A stretch of 64,000 nt of DNA from Trypethelium eluteriae (lineage: Eukaryota). The translations under genes were made by a program, and so were the position numbers. A model generated the notes under the pieces. The model was not told the origin of the DNA and searched no databases. It was given only the letters and a program-made list of their open reading frames with translations. Positions 1 to 12,100 of the stretch are shown here, piece after piece. Positions within the stretch are counted from its first letter, which is position 1, and every line of letters starts with the position of its first letter. The stretch lies in the NCBI GenBank assembly GCA_051942245.1, contig JAVECL010000006.1, positions 1 to 64,000 on the forward strand. The letters run 5' to 3'.

Positions 1-266
1 CTGGTGGGCTGGTGGGGTTCTATGACGTATCGCTGCGCATCTACCAGGGTCGATGGAGTTTTGAAGTCATTGATTGAAATTAGAGGGACTATGAAACACA
101 AGATTGCAAGGGGCACAGAAGCCAAGTGGGAGAGTAGCACCGTAGATTATCATCAGACGAGTGTTGTGCTACCTAGGCTGCATGTCGCGCTGCACACTTG
201 CAGAGGGATCTGTGCTATCGAAACCCCGGCTCGAGGTTCCAAGTGATCGGACCCATCTGGAATACC

Positions 267-2012
267 TCAAACAGCTTCAATGTATCTTTTCACCTCCCTA
301 CATATGTCAATCAGTCATTTGTTCGAGACTTCGGTGCGGCTTTGCACTCACCAATCCGTGACGGCCTCATCCCAAAGCCTGATCTCATGTTCTCTGGTGC
401 CGACGAAATGGTCGACAAACTCATCACCGAGAACCTCTCTCGCAATGCTTTCTCTACGTCCCATTTTTGCTACCGCTTCCTTCAAGCTTTTTGCCAGCCG
501 TTCCCCTTCGTCCCCTTCACTTCCAACTTCTTGTCCTTTTCCCAACGGCGGCACCGGAATCTGTAGCTTATGTTCGATCCCCCACATACCCAGGGCCAAG
601 ACAGAACCAAGCACGAGATGAGGATTCGCATCGGCCCCAGAGACACGGATCTCGAAGCGAGTAGCTTTGGGTGAAGCTGTGGGCGGGGCAATGAGTCGAA
701 TGCTGGCCGCTCGATGTTCCAAGCCCCAAGACACTGTCACTGGCGCCCAGAAGTTCTCGACCAACCGCTTGTACGAATTGATGGTGGGCGCAACAATGGG
801 CATGATATCCGGAAGGCCCCGGAGAAGGCCTGCGAGAAAAGCTCTGCCAAGGTCGGAGAGGTACTCAAGGTCAGGATATGGGGGGTTCGGATCAGGTTCG
901 TCCCGTGCGAAGAGGTTCTTGCTAGCAGAATCTACGATTGAGAGATGCATGTGGCCGGAATTCCCAGGTAGATTTTGTCTGGGCTTGGCCATGAAACACG
1001 GCGTGATTGCATGTTTGCTCCCTATGGACTTGGCGACAAGCCTGCGTCAGACGTATCAGTGATCGAGATCGCCTTTGAAACAAGAACTAGAGAGACTGAC
1101 TTGAAGAGTGCGGCTTTATCAGCCATTTCAGTGACCTCGCCGTATTCGAGCGCCTGCAACGAGCTGGTCAGTGGCTGACATGACCATCTAGCCTTGCTCA
1201 AGTCTGTTGAAGACTGACAGCCTCGAATACACCAGGACCACTCTCCGTATGCCAACCTTCAAGCGGACATCGAAACCTCTGACACGCATCGAACATGCCG
1301 TAATAGTATTCTTGATTATGCACGGGCCGAGTAATACTGTATCCGAACATACCCTCCGTCAACGACGGTAGTGTATCGACCGGATTCTCCTTCAAGTAGG
1401 ATGCGGTAGAGGAAGAATTGCGCTCGCGGCCGTCGTTTGCAGGAGGAGCTCGGAATTGGTAAAATTCATATTCGGCTAGTGCCCACCAGCGATAGGGCGT
1501 CAGCCAGCTCCAAGGTAAACAGGAATTCCTGTAGGTGATGCTACAGTTCGTATAGCATTAAGAGAACCCATTAGAAGGTGCTCACCTCCTGCTAAAGCCC
1601 TGCATCCTTTCTCTGCCAGTCTGGCAGCCGCTCTGCCCAGTAAGCTCCTCGGGCACACGCTCAAGCTTTCACCCGTGTCCGGATCTAGAAAACTGACGAG
1701 GAAGAATGGCACGTTGTTTTCCCAAGGGATCCTTCTGAAGCTTTGCAGGTCGGGTGTCGCTATGATATCTCTGTAGCCATTCTCCTTGTTGCTGATGGCG
1801 AGCTCTTTGAAGTATGTTTGATCATGCATGTCCCAGCCAAAGATGACGCTGCAGAAGCCGAAGCCAGAGGCGGCGATTGAGAGGAATTTGCTTTTGCTCA
1901 TGAGCTTGCCACGGAGCATTCCATCAATGTCAATTCCTGCAACCTTCACCGCACTGTCATCGCTCAAAATCTGCGGCAAGGTTTCGACCGTGATATCCAG
2001 GAAGCTCGCCAT
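267..2012 (-). CDS. Glutamine synthetase-like gamma-glutamyl-amine ligase (GlnA4/PuuA/FluG-C-type), 5 exons
   Basis: Spliced from ORFs 1500-2093, 1198-1395, 348-992. Motifs DIDGMLRGK, AEYEF, HTESGPGVFE, GNSGHMHLS, NSYKRL, RFEIR. ATG at 2012; last exon EVKRYIEAV* after the GT-AG intron at ~299-350. Confidence 0.9.
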
Positions 2013-2168
2013 AGCAAAAGAGGCAATAGCCCGAGGACAAGAGCTTGTCGACGACAGTCGTGTTTGACCGTCAAGTGGGTGACAACCTCTCAAAGATAAT
2101 TGGGTAGGGGAGAATATACTCTGTTATCGAGGGTGCATCATGATAACAAGCGGCTTGACGCCCAGATA

Positions 2169-2203
2169 GCTGACCGCGCTGACCGTGCTGAACCGTGCTG
2201 ACC
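2169..2203. repeat. Four tandem copies of GCTGA(A)CC(G) in the GS/SDR bidirectional promoter
   Basis: gctgaccgc gctgaccgt gctgaaccgt gctgacc read directly. Confidence 0.7.
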
Positions 2204-2702
2204 TCCGAGCGGCAGAAAGGGAGAGGGGGAAGCAGCTGGAGGTCGTTCAATTCTCGAGCCAATCAGCGTAAAGGCTACTACAGTTTAGGTATGCACAAAG
2301 CATTTTATGCTTGAGTGGCGGGCCTCGTCCACTTCTAGTCATTCTGGAACTGTCGAGTCATCTCTAAAGATTAGGTAACTCTGACAAGTCTCGACGAGGT
2401 CTGGAGAATTGATATCTTGCAGAAAGTTTTCTAGTCTGAAATAGACTGTAGAGTAGGTAGGTAGAGTGTCGGTCGAGTCGGCCCACCGCTTCCGTTATCG
2501 CAATGTCACCATGCTCGATTGCCCAGAGAAGACCGTCAGGTCAGGCTTTTACAGCTCAGTTTGCTACCTTATCAGTCAAGAGATTGTGTCTGAGCTCGCG
2601 TGATATCTATTCCAGTCATACAGGTGTCCGCTTTCAAGCACTATCGTACCTCATCCAGTTTGCTCTCCATTAAGGGAAGCCAAGACTTCAACCTCTCCAA
2701 CC

Positions 2703-4005
2703 ATGACTACGGTCTCTCAGGGTCGACTCTCTGGCAAGAACGCCATCATCACTGGCGCTGCTGGGTAAGTATGCACGAACTCGACTTTGTCTACCTTACG
2801 GCGGCTGGGGGTTCCTTAGCTGGTAATTAATAGAATGTTACCTCAGTTTAACTGTGATTACTATGTTAGCCCATGTTCAGGCGGTGTTAACATGGACCAA
2901 CAAGGTCGTAACAGTAAAGTCGAAATAACATTGTATTAATTACCAGTTGAGGAACCCCCCCAGCCGCCGTAAGGCATACATCCAACTCTTCCGCACTTGG
3001 TTTCACTGTTAGCTGTCCACTTGTTGGTCGTAACTCGCATGAGTTTTCTCCAAATTCATTTCTTAGACGTAGCAAGCCCCTTCTCCCAGCGAAAAGAGAA
3101 GGATGGGAGTTGCTGATTGAGAATTTATGCTTTCGGAATATGGTCTGATATCATCGGTAGTGGCATCGGCCTGCAAACTACCATCCTTTTTGCGCGCGAA
3201 GGTGCTTCGGTCCTAATGGCCGACATCTCAGAAGAAGCCCTTCAGAAGGCTCTGGCAAGAGTGAAAGAAAATGTCGGCTCACACGTTGGCCGCATCGAAA
3301 TGATGAAAGTCGACGTGACTAAGGAATCGGATGTTGAGGCCGCGATTGCCCACCTGGATACGTGGCCCTCTCCCGGCATCGATATTATGTTCAACAACGC
3401 TGGGATCATGCACGCCGACGATGCTGATGCAATCGATACCCCAGAGAGGATCTGGGATCTCACGCACAACATTAACGTCAAAGGTGTGTGGTTCGGGTGT
3501 AAGCACGCAGTGCTGAGCATGAGGAAGCATGGTAAGAAGAAGGGCAGCGTAATAAACACTGCGAGTGTAGTGGCTTTGGTGGGGAGCGCCACACCTCAGC
3601 TGGCGTATACGGCGAGTAAAGGGGCAGTTCTTGCGCTGACGCGGGAGCTGGCGATTGTACATGCGAGGGAAGGGATCAGGTTTAATTCGCTCTGCCCAGC
3701 ACCATTAAAGTAAGTCAAAGCCCTTCGCCCACCGTTCAATACCTCTTGTGTGAGACTGAGGTCTATGCAGCACGCCGCTCCTTCAGGACTGGCTTGGTGA
3801 TGACAAACAGAAGCGGTTGCGCCGTGAGATCCACTTCCCAGCTGGTCGCTTCGGCGAAGCCATAGAGCAAGCTCAAGCAGTGTTGTTCCTCGCGTCAGAT
3901 GAGAGCAGCTTCGTCAATGGCACTGACTTTACCGTTGACGGTGGCATGACAAAGGCCTACGTGACGCCCGAAGGAGATCCAACACTGGCACCCAAGAATT
4001 TCTGA
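2703..4005 (+). CDS. Classical short-chain dehydrogenase/reductase, 3 exons (introns 2765-3160, 3710-3770)
   Basis: Splicing restores TGAAGGIG. Also NNAG, YTASK catalytic motif and C-terminal DGGMTKAYVTP. Confidence 0.92.
2788..2980. repeat. Long imperfect inverted repeat (foldback/MITE-like or structured RNA) inside SDR intron 1
   Basis: Arm 2788-2877 pairs with arm 2889-2980 around an 11-nt loop; outer ~47 bp almost perfect. Confidence 0.9.
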
Positions 4006-4186
4006 CGAGAGTGCTCTTCTGAGGCAGCATTTCGTAGAATGCAATAGGCTGAAGCTCCTTTCCTTTCACTACCTCGAGGTCTAACTAAATATATTATCGA
4101 ACCAATATCATACACGCTGTTGGCTGGATAGCCGGGTATTTGTCAAACGCATCTCAATCCAAAATTACAGGGCAAACCAAAATCCC

Positions 4187-7100
4187 TTAGTCAAAATCTC
4201 TTAACTCCATTTCTATGCAATTGAAGCACTCCCCTCCGATTATCACAGCGCAATCATTATGCATCGCCGCTCCGCAACTCATACAAGCCGCACACAAATC
4301 TCGCTTGATTGTTTCTCGACAAACCCTGCAATATCTCACTTTCGGTTTGTGCTCTTCGCTCTTATTTCCAGATGCCACCATCAGATTGGGACTTGCCTTT
4401 TTGATTGGGTGTAAGGGTTCATTGCTGGCCAAACCTTTAAGACTTAAATGGAGAATTTTCTCCATTTCCGCCGCCAGGTACCATTGTCCAAGACTTCGGA
4501 GGAGAGATGCACACTTCGATCGATAAATATGACAGCGCTGCGCAATATCCTGAGTGAGGACCAGAGGCGCCTCGTAGTGACCTTCATCTTCAAATCGATC
4601 TTGGTTTTTGAGGTCAACGTACAGCTGAGGACGATGACTAGTCGCATTGCCATATACCGGAAAGTCTTCACTACCCAGTGAAGTCGAAGGCGTGGAGAAA
4701 GGAGTGATAGGCTCGGATGACTCTCGCCGAAGTGATGCTAGCTTCGAGAATTCGGATAGAGAGCCACGACGGACCTCTGGCCCCTCTTTTTTCAACGAAT
4801 CGTCGGATGCGGGCACGTTGGCGGTGACGGAGAAGTCCATGCAAGCCTCAACAGAAGGCGCGTAGTCCAAGGAGTACCCAGGCAACGATGGAACAAAGGG
4901 TTGCTTTGGATGTTCCGTTCGCATCGGCTCTGCAAGAACAGTAGCGATCATGCCTAACATTAGTAGGTCACCTTGAGCCTCGTAGTAGTCGAGCAACTTG
5001 GGAACGAGCCATGCTCCACCAAAGGGATGATTGCCCCATTTGATCCGGCCTGTATATTTTGGGCGAACGACCACATCAGGCTCATCGAAAATGAGATCGA
5101 AATCACCATCGGGCAAGCCGCTACCTTTAGTGCGCTTGATCTGAACCAGGGCACGTCTCGCCACGACAAGTATATCCTCTCGGTAGAAAAGGTCGTCAGG
5201 TTTGGGGCGCTGCACGACTTGAAGAGGCACATTGTCTTCAAGTACAAATGCGAGGAGCGCCCAGACATCTGCGTGATCCCGATATTCTAGGGTAGCAGCT
5301 GCTCTGGCATTGTGCTCGCAGACCTCGACTCCAGTCCCGACTATAATGTAGTTCTCTGCCAAGGCCTTGAGCGGAGGAAGGCTGTATGTCATATCGAATC
5401 TCCGGATGCATGATTCTTTCTTAGATTGCTGTTGTTGCTTTTGTTTCAGTGCAATCCCGCTCGCAAGATGCGAACTGTCCGCAGACCGCGAGTGATGAGG
5501 TCTTGATCTACCAGATAACCACCCAGCTAAAGGCTCGCTCGAAGTGACTTCGAGATCTTCCGACGAAGAGCTACCTGATGATGAGGACGAGGCCCTCCCC
5601 ATGCCATAAACCCTACTCACTCTGCCAACGTTTGAGCGTGTGTATTTATGCAAGATCTCCGAAAACCGGGAGGATTGCTCTTCGACCGTCTCTTGTGTGG
5701 CAACAAAGGCGCAGACAAGCTGACCATCGTTGGACCAACGAGCCGTGCAAGTTGCTGCCATTGGAGCGTTCGCAGTGGCCTTTGGGATGATATCGGTGGC
5801 GCTTGCGTCCATATCTTGCAGACCACCGATGATGCCGGACTCGTCGCCTTCATCACTGGAGCTCTCCCCGTCGGCTGACGGCACGTTGGAGAAGAGCTCC
5901 GATTGATTGATACATTCTTCTTTGTTGCGTTCTCCAAGCAGGTACATCACTACGTATTCAAGACATCCGGCTGATCGCTGAGAATGAAATTCAGCAATCT
6001 CGAGGAGTTCTTGGCTCAACTTTCTGGCGGTCATCTTGTTGACGCTCGAAGTTTCATCGATAGTGAAACGAGGTGGAGCGGTCTTCGGATAATGTCGCGG
6101 GAAATTAATAGTAAGTCTCATGGGACAAACCTCAGCGTTGTCGCCCCAAGGTCCGTAGAGGAAAATCACAGCGTATCTACGGGATACATTTGCTTCTTCG
6201 AACGTGATTCTCTTGAATTGGTCACCAACTTGGGTGATCTCGTCGCCAAGATCTTCTAGATCTTCGTATTTTTTGCTATACTGATCGGATTCATTACCAT
6301 TGCATATTTCAGGAGCATTTTCGGTTGTCTCCCACTCACGAGGAGCAAGAGAGACGTTTTTCATCCACGATATTACATTGTCTTCCTTCTTTGCATTGGC
6401 TCTCGCTGGGCCTAGATATGACATTCCGCTACCAAATCCTTGTGGGTAGGGAACAATGGGAGCATGTGTAGCTTTGCGTTGTGCATCGCCCTTGATCAAG
6501 TTCGTCAGGGCAGATTCCCGATGGCCGCCAATTTGTAAGGGCTGCACAGCTTCAGAGCCCAATAGCTCACTTTCGTCTGTAGGGGTCTCTGTGAAGGTGT
6601 GATACGTGGCTCCTTGGCGGGTGAGGTTGAAATTTCGATGCACAGCCTTGCCCTTTTCGTAGCCCACAGATTGGAGGTTCTCCTTTTTGATACGATGAAG
6701 CTTGAGCAACCTATCTCTACCCCATGAGACTAACTGGAATTCACGATTGTCCACGCCATCGTCACTGATGCCTCCTCTCGAACGCCAGAGGAACTCCTTA
6801 ACGGAATCACCGTGACCTGAGAAATTGCAGACAGGTTCTATCTGAGCAAATCTGCTTTGGCCTTCATGCAACCGACGATCATACATGTGCAGATCATTGC
6901 TGTCGCGCTGTGGCATTGCCAATATACCCCAACCGAATGGAGTATGCCTAGCACGCCATACGGGAAATGGGGTGTGGATAATGCGCTCCAGATTCTGGTT
7001 GTCAGGATTAGCGATCGCATAGTCCCAAAGTTTAATAGTGCGATCCAAAGAACACGTGAGAATTGCCGTAGACCTCAAGCGGTTCCAATCGATGCCGTAG

Positions 7101-7810
7101 ATTTTTGTGTTGTGAGCATCGACAGACCACAGAGGTTCGTTACCGTGTCGACAGTCCCAAATCACCAACTTGCTGTCATGCGAAGATGCAACTATGTTGG
7201 GATCTTGCCTATTCCATTTCACTTGAGTTGCACCAGCTTGGAAATAACTAAACTTCATGCTTGGTTTTCCCGCATCCCGCAAATCCCAACACGCAATGCT
7301 GGAGTCAACAGAGCATGTTGCAAGCAAGTCAGGATGGTGAGCAGAGAAATTGATATCAGTAATTGCTCTTGAATGGCCATGCAACACGTACTCAATCGGG
7401 GCAGGGCTTTGACGCATGTTCAAGTTCCAGACAAGAGCCTTCTGATTGGTGGTACTAATAAGCCATGCATCTCTCGAGGCGAAAGGAGACCATTGGACGT
7501 CCGCCACATCACCGGTAGTGAAGTGCTTAACAAGGCGAGGTGGCGAGTACACGTTGTCAAGATCAATGATATGCAGGCCTTCATTTCTGCGAGCAGCATA
7601 TAAGTTTTAATGAGGGTGGATTGATGGGGGAAAAGCAGAGGCGTACGAGGCAAGCGCAATGTCGCGACCACACGGGGAAATAGTTGCTGAGCCAACAGGT
7701 TCATTGATCTTGACTGTAACCTCGCGCTCGAAGAATGGGCTTTCGAACGCATTCTGATATTGACCTTTGTTAAAGGTACCGGGGCCGTACTTCATGCGAG
7801 CGTGCAGCAT
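4187..7810 (-). CDS. MTC5: WD40 + RWD + C-terminal RING-like protein, SEACAT/GATOR2 subunit (Mtc5/Sea3/WDR59)
   Basis: WD repeats (LHGHSRAITDINF, TPFPVWRARHTPFG), RWD-like INFPRHYP, C-terminal Cys/His cluster. One intron at ~7587-7646; start ATG uncertain (7810 or 7795). Confidence 0.85.
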
Positions 7811-8281
7811 GATGAGTGGATCGGACGAGCCAGCCAAGCTGGTCTGCTCAATAACTCATTAACCACAGGAAGTCGATTCCGTCATGACCAAAAAGTTTAG
7901 GCCGAGTGAGTGCTTGAAGATGAGATGACGGACAGGACGAGACGGAATGTTGCAGCTTCGCCTATACACGTGATTGAGTCTCGAGCTGGAAATGACCGGG
8001 GAGCACTCACGAATGTCAACCCCACCATCGCCGAGCCTAGCTTTCCATACTGCGTCGCAACATTTATGCGACATTACGGATAGGATTTCGAGTTTCGACG
8101 AACGTGACATATTTGACTGAGTGACGACAAATCCAGGAGGACAACACATACCCCGAATTTGACCAGATTTCTCTTGAAGCTTTCCCCTTGTCCATCCATT
8201 TGAATCTTTGACGTTTGGACTTCAGGACTTGTGGGACTGTCAACCGACAGGTCTTCAAAGATATCACCCTAGAGGCCGAGG

Positions 8282-8905
8282 ATGGCGTTGCCAAAAAGGA
8301 TCGTCAAAGAGACTGAGCGCCTTATGGCTGAGCCGTATGAAGATACATACCCCGCAACCCCGTTCTCTACAAGTCTGATCGCATTTCACTAGGGTTCCAG
8401 GTATCAGTGCAGTACCTCACGAAGACAATCTCAGATACTTTGATGTTACGGTGGAAGGACCATCTCAGTCGCCGTATGAAGGTCTGCCGTCCACGCAACC
8501 ACCTTGCTCTAGCCTGGAATTGTAATAGGATGCTAATTCCTGTAGGCGGAATCTTCAAGCTCGAGCTCTTCCTTCCAGATGACTATCCAATGACGCCTCC
8601 TAAAATTCGGTTCCTAACCAAGATTTACCATCCGAATATTGATAAGTTGGGTCGGATATGTTTGGACGTTTTGAAGAGTAAGCTTGCCGGTGGAGTTCGA
8701 GCAATCACATTGCTTATCGGCTGCAGGTAACTGGTCACCAGCTCTACAAATACGCACAATATTGCTCTCAATACAGGCTCTACTCGGCGCACCGAATCCC
8801 GATGATCCCCTTGCCAACGATGTTGCCCAACATTGGAAGGAGAATCAAAATGCAGCAATTCAAACCGCAAGAGAGTGGACCCAACAATATGCGAAGCCAC
8901 AATGA
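8282..8905 (+). CDS. UBC13: Ubiquitin-conjugating enzyme E2 N, 4 exons
   Basis: [14 protein letters not shown]...[36 protein letters not shown]. Confidence 0.95.
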
Positions 8906-9879
8906 TTCAATTTCCTATTCTCCTGTGATCTAGGCAAACAGCGCCTTGGTTCGGGAATTACAAGTTTGCTTGACTTGATCCCACTGGCGTGATGAAGCCA
9001 TTGGAGAAGGGGCGAAGTTACATGAGGTAATGTTATATGCCTGCAGAGGAGAAAATATACTAGATATGGATCTTCCCAGCAAGAAGTGCGCAGGCGCCAC
9101 GGTATTTTATGAATTTCTGACTGCATATCGATCTCAGTCAAGGACAGCCCTTCATCTGAGGCACTGTTCCTTATTGTAATGCAGTCGATATGGCAATTCT
9201 CACTTCTGCTATACCTCCGTCTTCCGAAAGTGAATCTGTCTACTGGTCACTGGCGATCTATTTTTTTTTTTGGTTTCCTTTTTGCCGCTTCGAGAAGGGA
9301 GCTTCGAATGTCAGCCCAATCGTAAGACTTGACCTCTGACCAAGGCATTGGCTCTACGTCCTCATCTTTCCGACGTCGACACACTCGGTGCGATAAGACG
9401 AATAGCTTACAATGATATTGAAGCCAAGGTGTGAAAGGTTTGATCATTCATGAATAGGTAGATACTTGGTAGCAGCCTCTATATGGAGCCCTCTAGGTGA
9501 ACGGAGATTATTTGCATTCGAATGAAAATGCATCAATGATGCACCCAGACCACGTGCTTCAAATGATCATGAACTTCGCATGTTCACACTTGTCTGAAAG
9601 TGCTTCTGCTGTCGATGGGACCTGCATGCCATGGCTCCGAGGTACAGGTTAGGTGGCACTGTACGGAGTATCGTTAGTAGGTACGTTAGTACTGTCGGGT
9701 CAGTGTGGTCAGGTAGCTTGGCACGCTTGGTTAAGGTAGATATTCGCTTAGAAGGACGCGCTTATTATGTAAGAGGTGCCCACAGACGGCAAATTCCGCT
9801 CGACTATCGTGTGTTCAACCTCCGCCACCATCGAAATTGCGACGACAGGCACAACAGGTACTGCATCACCACCATCAAG

Positions 9880-10608
9880 ATGCGTACGTACGACGATACA
9901 TTCAGCGGTCAGAAAATATATCCCGGGAAGGTTCGTTTGTGCTTTTCACGCAGAAGCCACTCTCACAGAGCTTATCTCTGTGCTCCGCCAACTCTTCCGG
10001 ACTTTCCACTGACTTCTGATTGCGCGTTAGGGCAAGCTCTATGTCCGTGGTGATAGCAAAATCTTTCGATTTCAGAATGGCAAAACGGAGTCTCTGTTCT
10101 TACAACGCAAAAACCCTCGCCGGATAGCCTGGACGACTCTTTACCGGCGGCAACACCGGAAGGGTATCTCTGAGGTTAGTTAACCGTTGATCTCCACCGA
10201 TTCCATCATATCCCCTAAGGACCGCTTTGTTCCTCTCTATTATAAATCCCAGTGTGATGGCAGACTCAGAACAGAGGGTTTTATCGTAATGAGAGCGACC
10301 ACTCATTGTACTCGTTATAGGAAGTTGCCAAGAAGCGCACTCGTCGAACAGTCAAGCACCAGCGTGCCATTGTTGGCGCATCCCTCGACGTCATCAAAGA
10401 GCGCCGCTCACAGCGGCCGGAGGCACGTAACGCAGCTCGTGCTCAGGCTATCAAAGAGGGCAAGGAGAAGAAGGCCGCCGCTGAGAGCAAGAAGAAGGCT
10501 GAAAAAGCAAAGACGGCAGCCAAATCCGCGACGGGGCAGACACAAAGGATTCAGAGCAAGCAAGGAGCAAAGGGTGCGCCGTCAAAGGTCCAGGCAAAGA
10601 CCCGTTAG
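9880..10608 (+). CDS. RPL24: 60S ribosomal protein L24 (eL24); introns 9931-10030 and 10175-10320
   Basis: [31 protein letters not shown]...[10 protein letters not shown], Lys/Ala-rich tail. Confidence 0.95.
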
Positions 10609-11439
10609 GTTCATGGTAGAGAAATGAATGGCTTGATGCGGCTTCAGAACAGTAGGGGCCCAGGTGTTACTGTGTATCTATGCTTGCCGGCATGCAGCTT
10701 TGCTGGTTCTGAGCATAATGGAATTGCATCGGACGATCCTTTACTTTTTCTAAGGGATTGAATCCGAGGTCACCAACACTACTACGTTTTGTCAAGCCTA
10801 CTAGGCCGTGCTGTAGGTAGAAAGCCTCACTGTCTAACCTATCTGGGCAAAGATATCCGGCGACGATGGAAAGCATCACTACTGCCTCTGAAGCGAACTA
10901 GTGGTATCTATGTACCAATGTTGTTTAGGGGTAAGAAGACTCCACGGTGTCATATGTAAGTGCACAATCTATAGGTAGGTTGGTAGGTGTCTCATGGCCT
11001 ACGGAATACACCATAAGGTAGCTTGAGCAATATCGGCAGTCGTGGCAGTTAAGGGAAACGCTACCATAATGCAGCTTTTTCATCCAATTTCTTGTCTTTG
11101 ATCACATACGAGTTCAGTTTTAGTATCCCACTAACAGTTATTTCCTGACCAAGGAAATGGCATTGGTGACAATGGACAGGCACTTGGAATCTCAAGCGCC
11201 GTCACAGAGGTATTCCGTACATCTGAATTGTCCTGCGTCTAAGGCTTTCATCTATTTGTCCGCGACAGATGCAAACACCCAAGGTCAATTTGATCTTTCA
11301 GCTAAAGCAGCTGATGTGAGACCCACAATAGGAGGGTCGCCTCCCGCCAAATTCCATACATGAAAGTGCAATGCTCTGGTTCTCACAAAACGTTTTGTAC
11401 CTTCACTGAATGGGATTGGGGTCGCAACGGCGTTCTTGG

Positions 11440-12100
11440 CTCCAATATATCGGAAAAGGGGTTCGCAGAAGCACGGGAGGAGCGAGGAGTAGATGGGGAA
11501 AAGGTTGGCGGTGCACGCAGGAGCCAGATTGAGGGACACAGATGTGATGGAGGCCGCGGTGGAGTTTGCAGGGGTGGTCTTCAGTAGGACAGCACGTACT
11601 GGGGATCAGGTCAGGCTACTGAGGGAGAACTGGGAGGACCGATCGTGCTTAAGGGGATTCAGCATCCGGAACACGCGCTCAACGCTCTGGAAGTTGGAAT
11701 GGATGGCATTGTGGTGTCGAATCATGGTGGGAGACAGGTGGATGGAGCAATCGGAAGTCTCGATATGCTGCCTGAGGTTGTCGATTGTGTAAAGGGACCA
11801 AAGACAATGAGAGGAGATGGTCTGCTGGTGCTGTTCGATGGTGGGGTTCGCACGGAGGTAGATATTATTAAGGTGCTGTGCCTGGGTGCGCAAGGTGTAT
11901 TGATGGGCAGACCATGGGTGTACAGCTTTGGGACTGCAGGAAAAGAGGGTATGGAGGAGTTAATCAAAGGTATTCTAGCCGATCTTGATCAAAGCATGGG
12001 ATTATTATGAGGGATCGGGACGATAGGGGATTACAACAGGGATCTTTTTACGGAGGCAGGAGGGTACATTACCCAGGGGACCGACACTCTTCGAATTGAT
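11440..12100 (+). pseudogene. Degraded FMN-dependent alpha-hydroxy acid dehydrogenase (lactate 2-monooxygenase-like)
   Basis: LKGI, VSNHGGRQVDG, DGGVR, GRP motifs. Frameshift at ~11635 (ENWE/GPIVLKG), in-frame TGA at 12008, no intact N-terminal half. Ends approximate. Confidence 0.8.

Noticed and set aside
3..77. Possible 3' end of an upstream gene (GGLVGFYDVSLRIYQGRWSFEVID*)
   Set aside because: Too short and truncated by the window edge to assign
2452..2463. (TAGG)n motifs here and at ~10972 and ~14553
   Set aside because: Common short fungal intergenic microsatellite
2764..2920. Possible [D1,2] stwintron in SDR intron 1 (G-GTAAGT...ACAG-TAAAGT)
   Set aside because: Removing the extra G breaks the frame; a single canonical intron restores TGAAGGIG
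12008..12010. Premature stop as a candidate for readthrough or A-to-I rescue
   Set aside because: The same gene also has a frameshift and lacks its N-terminus
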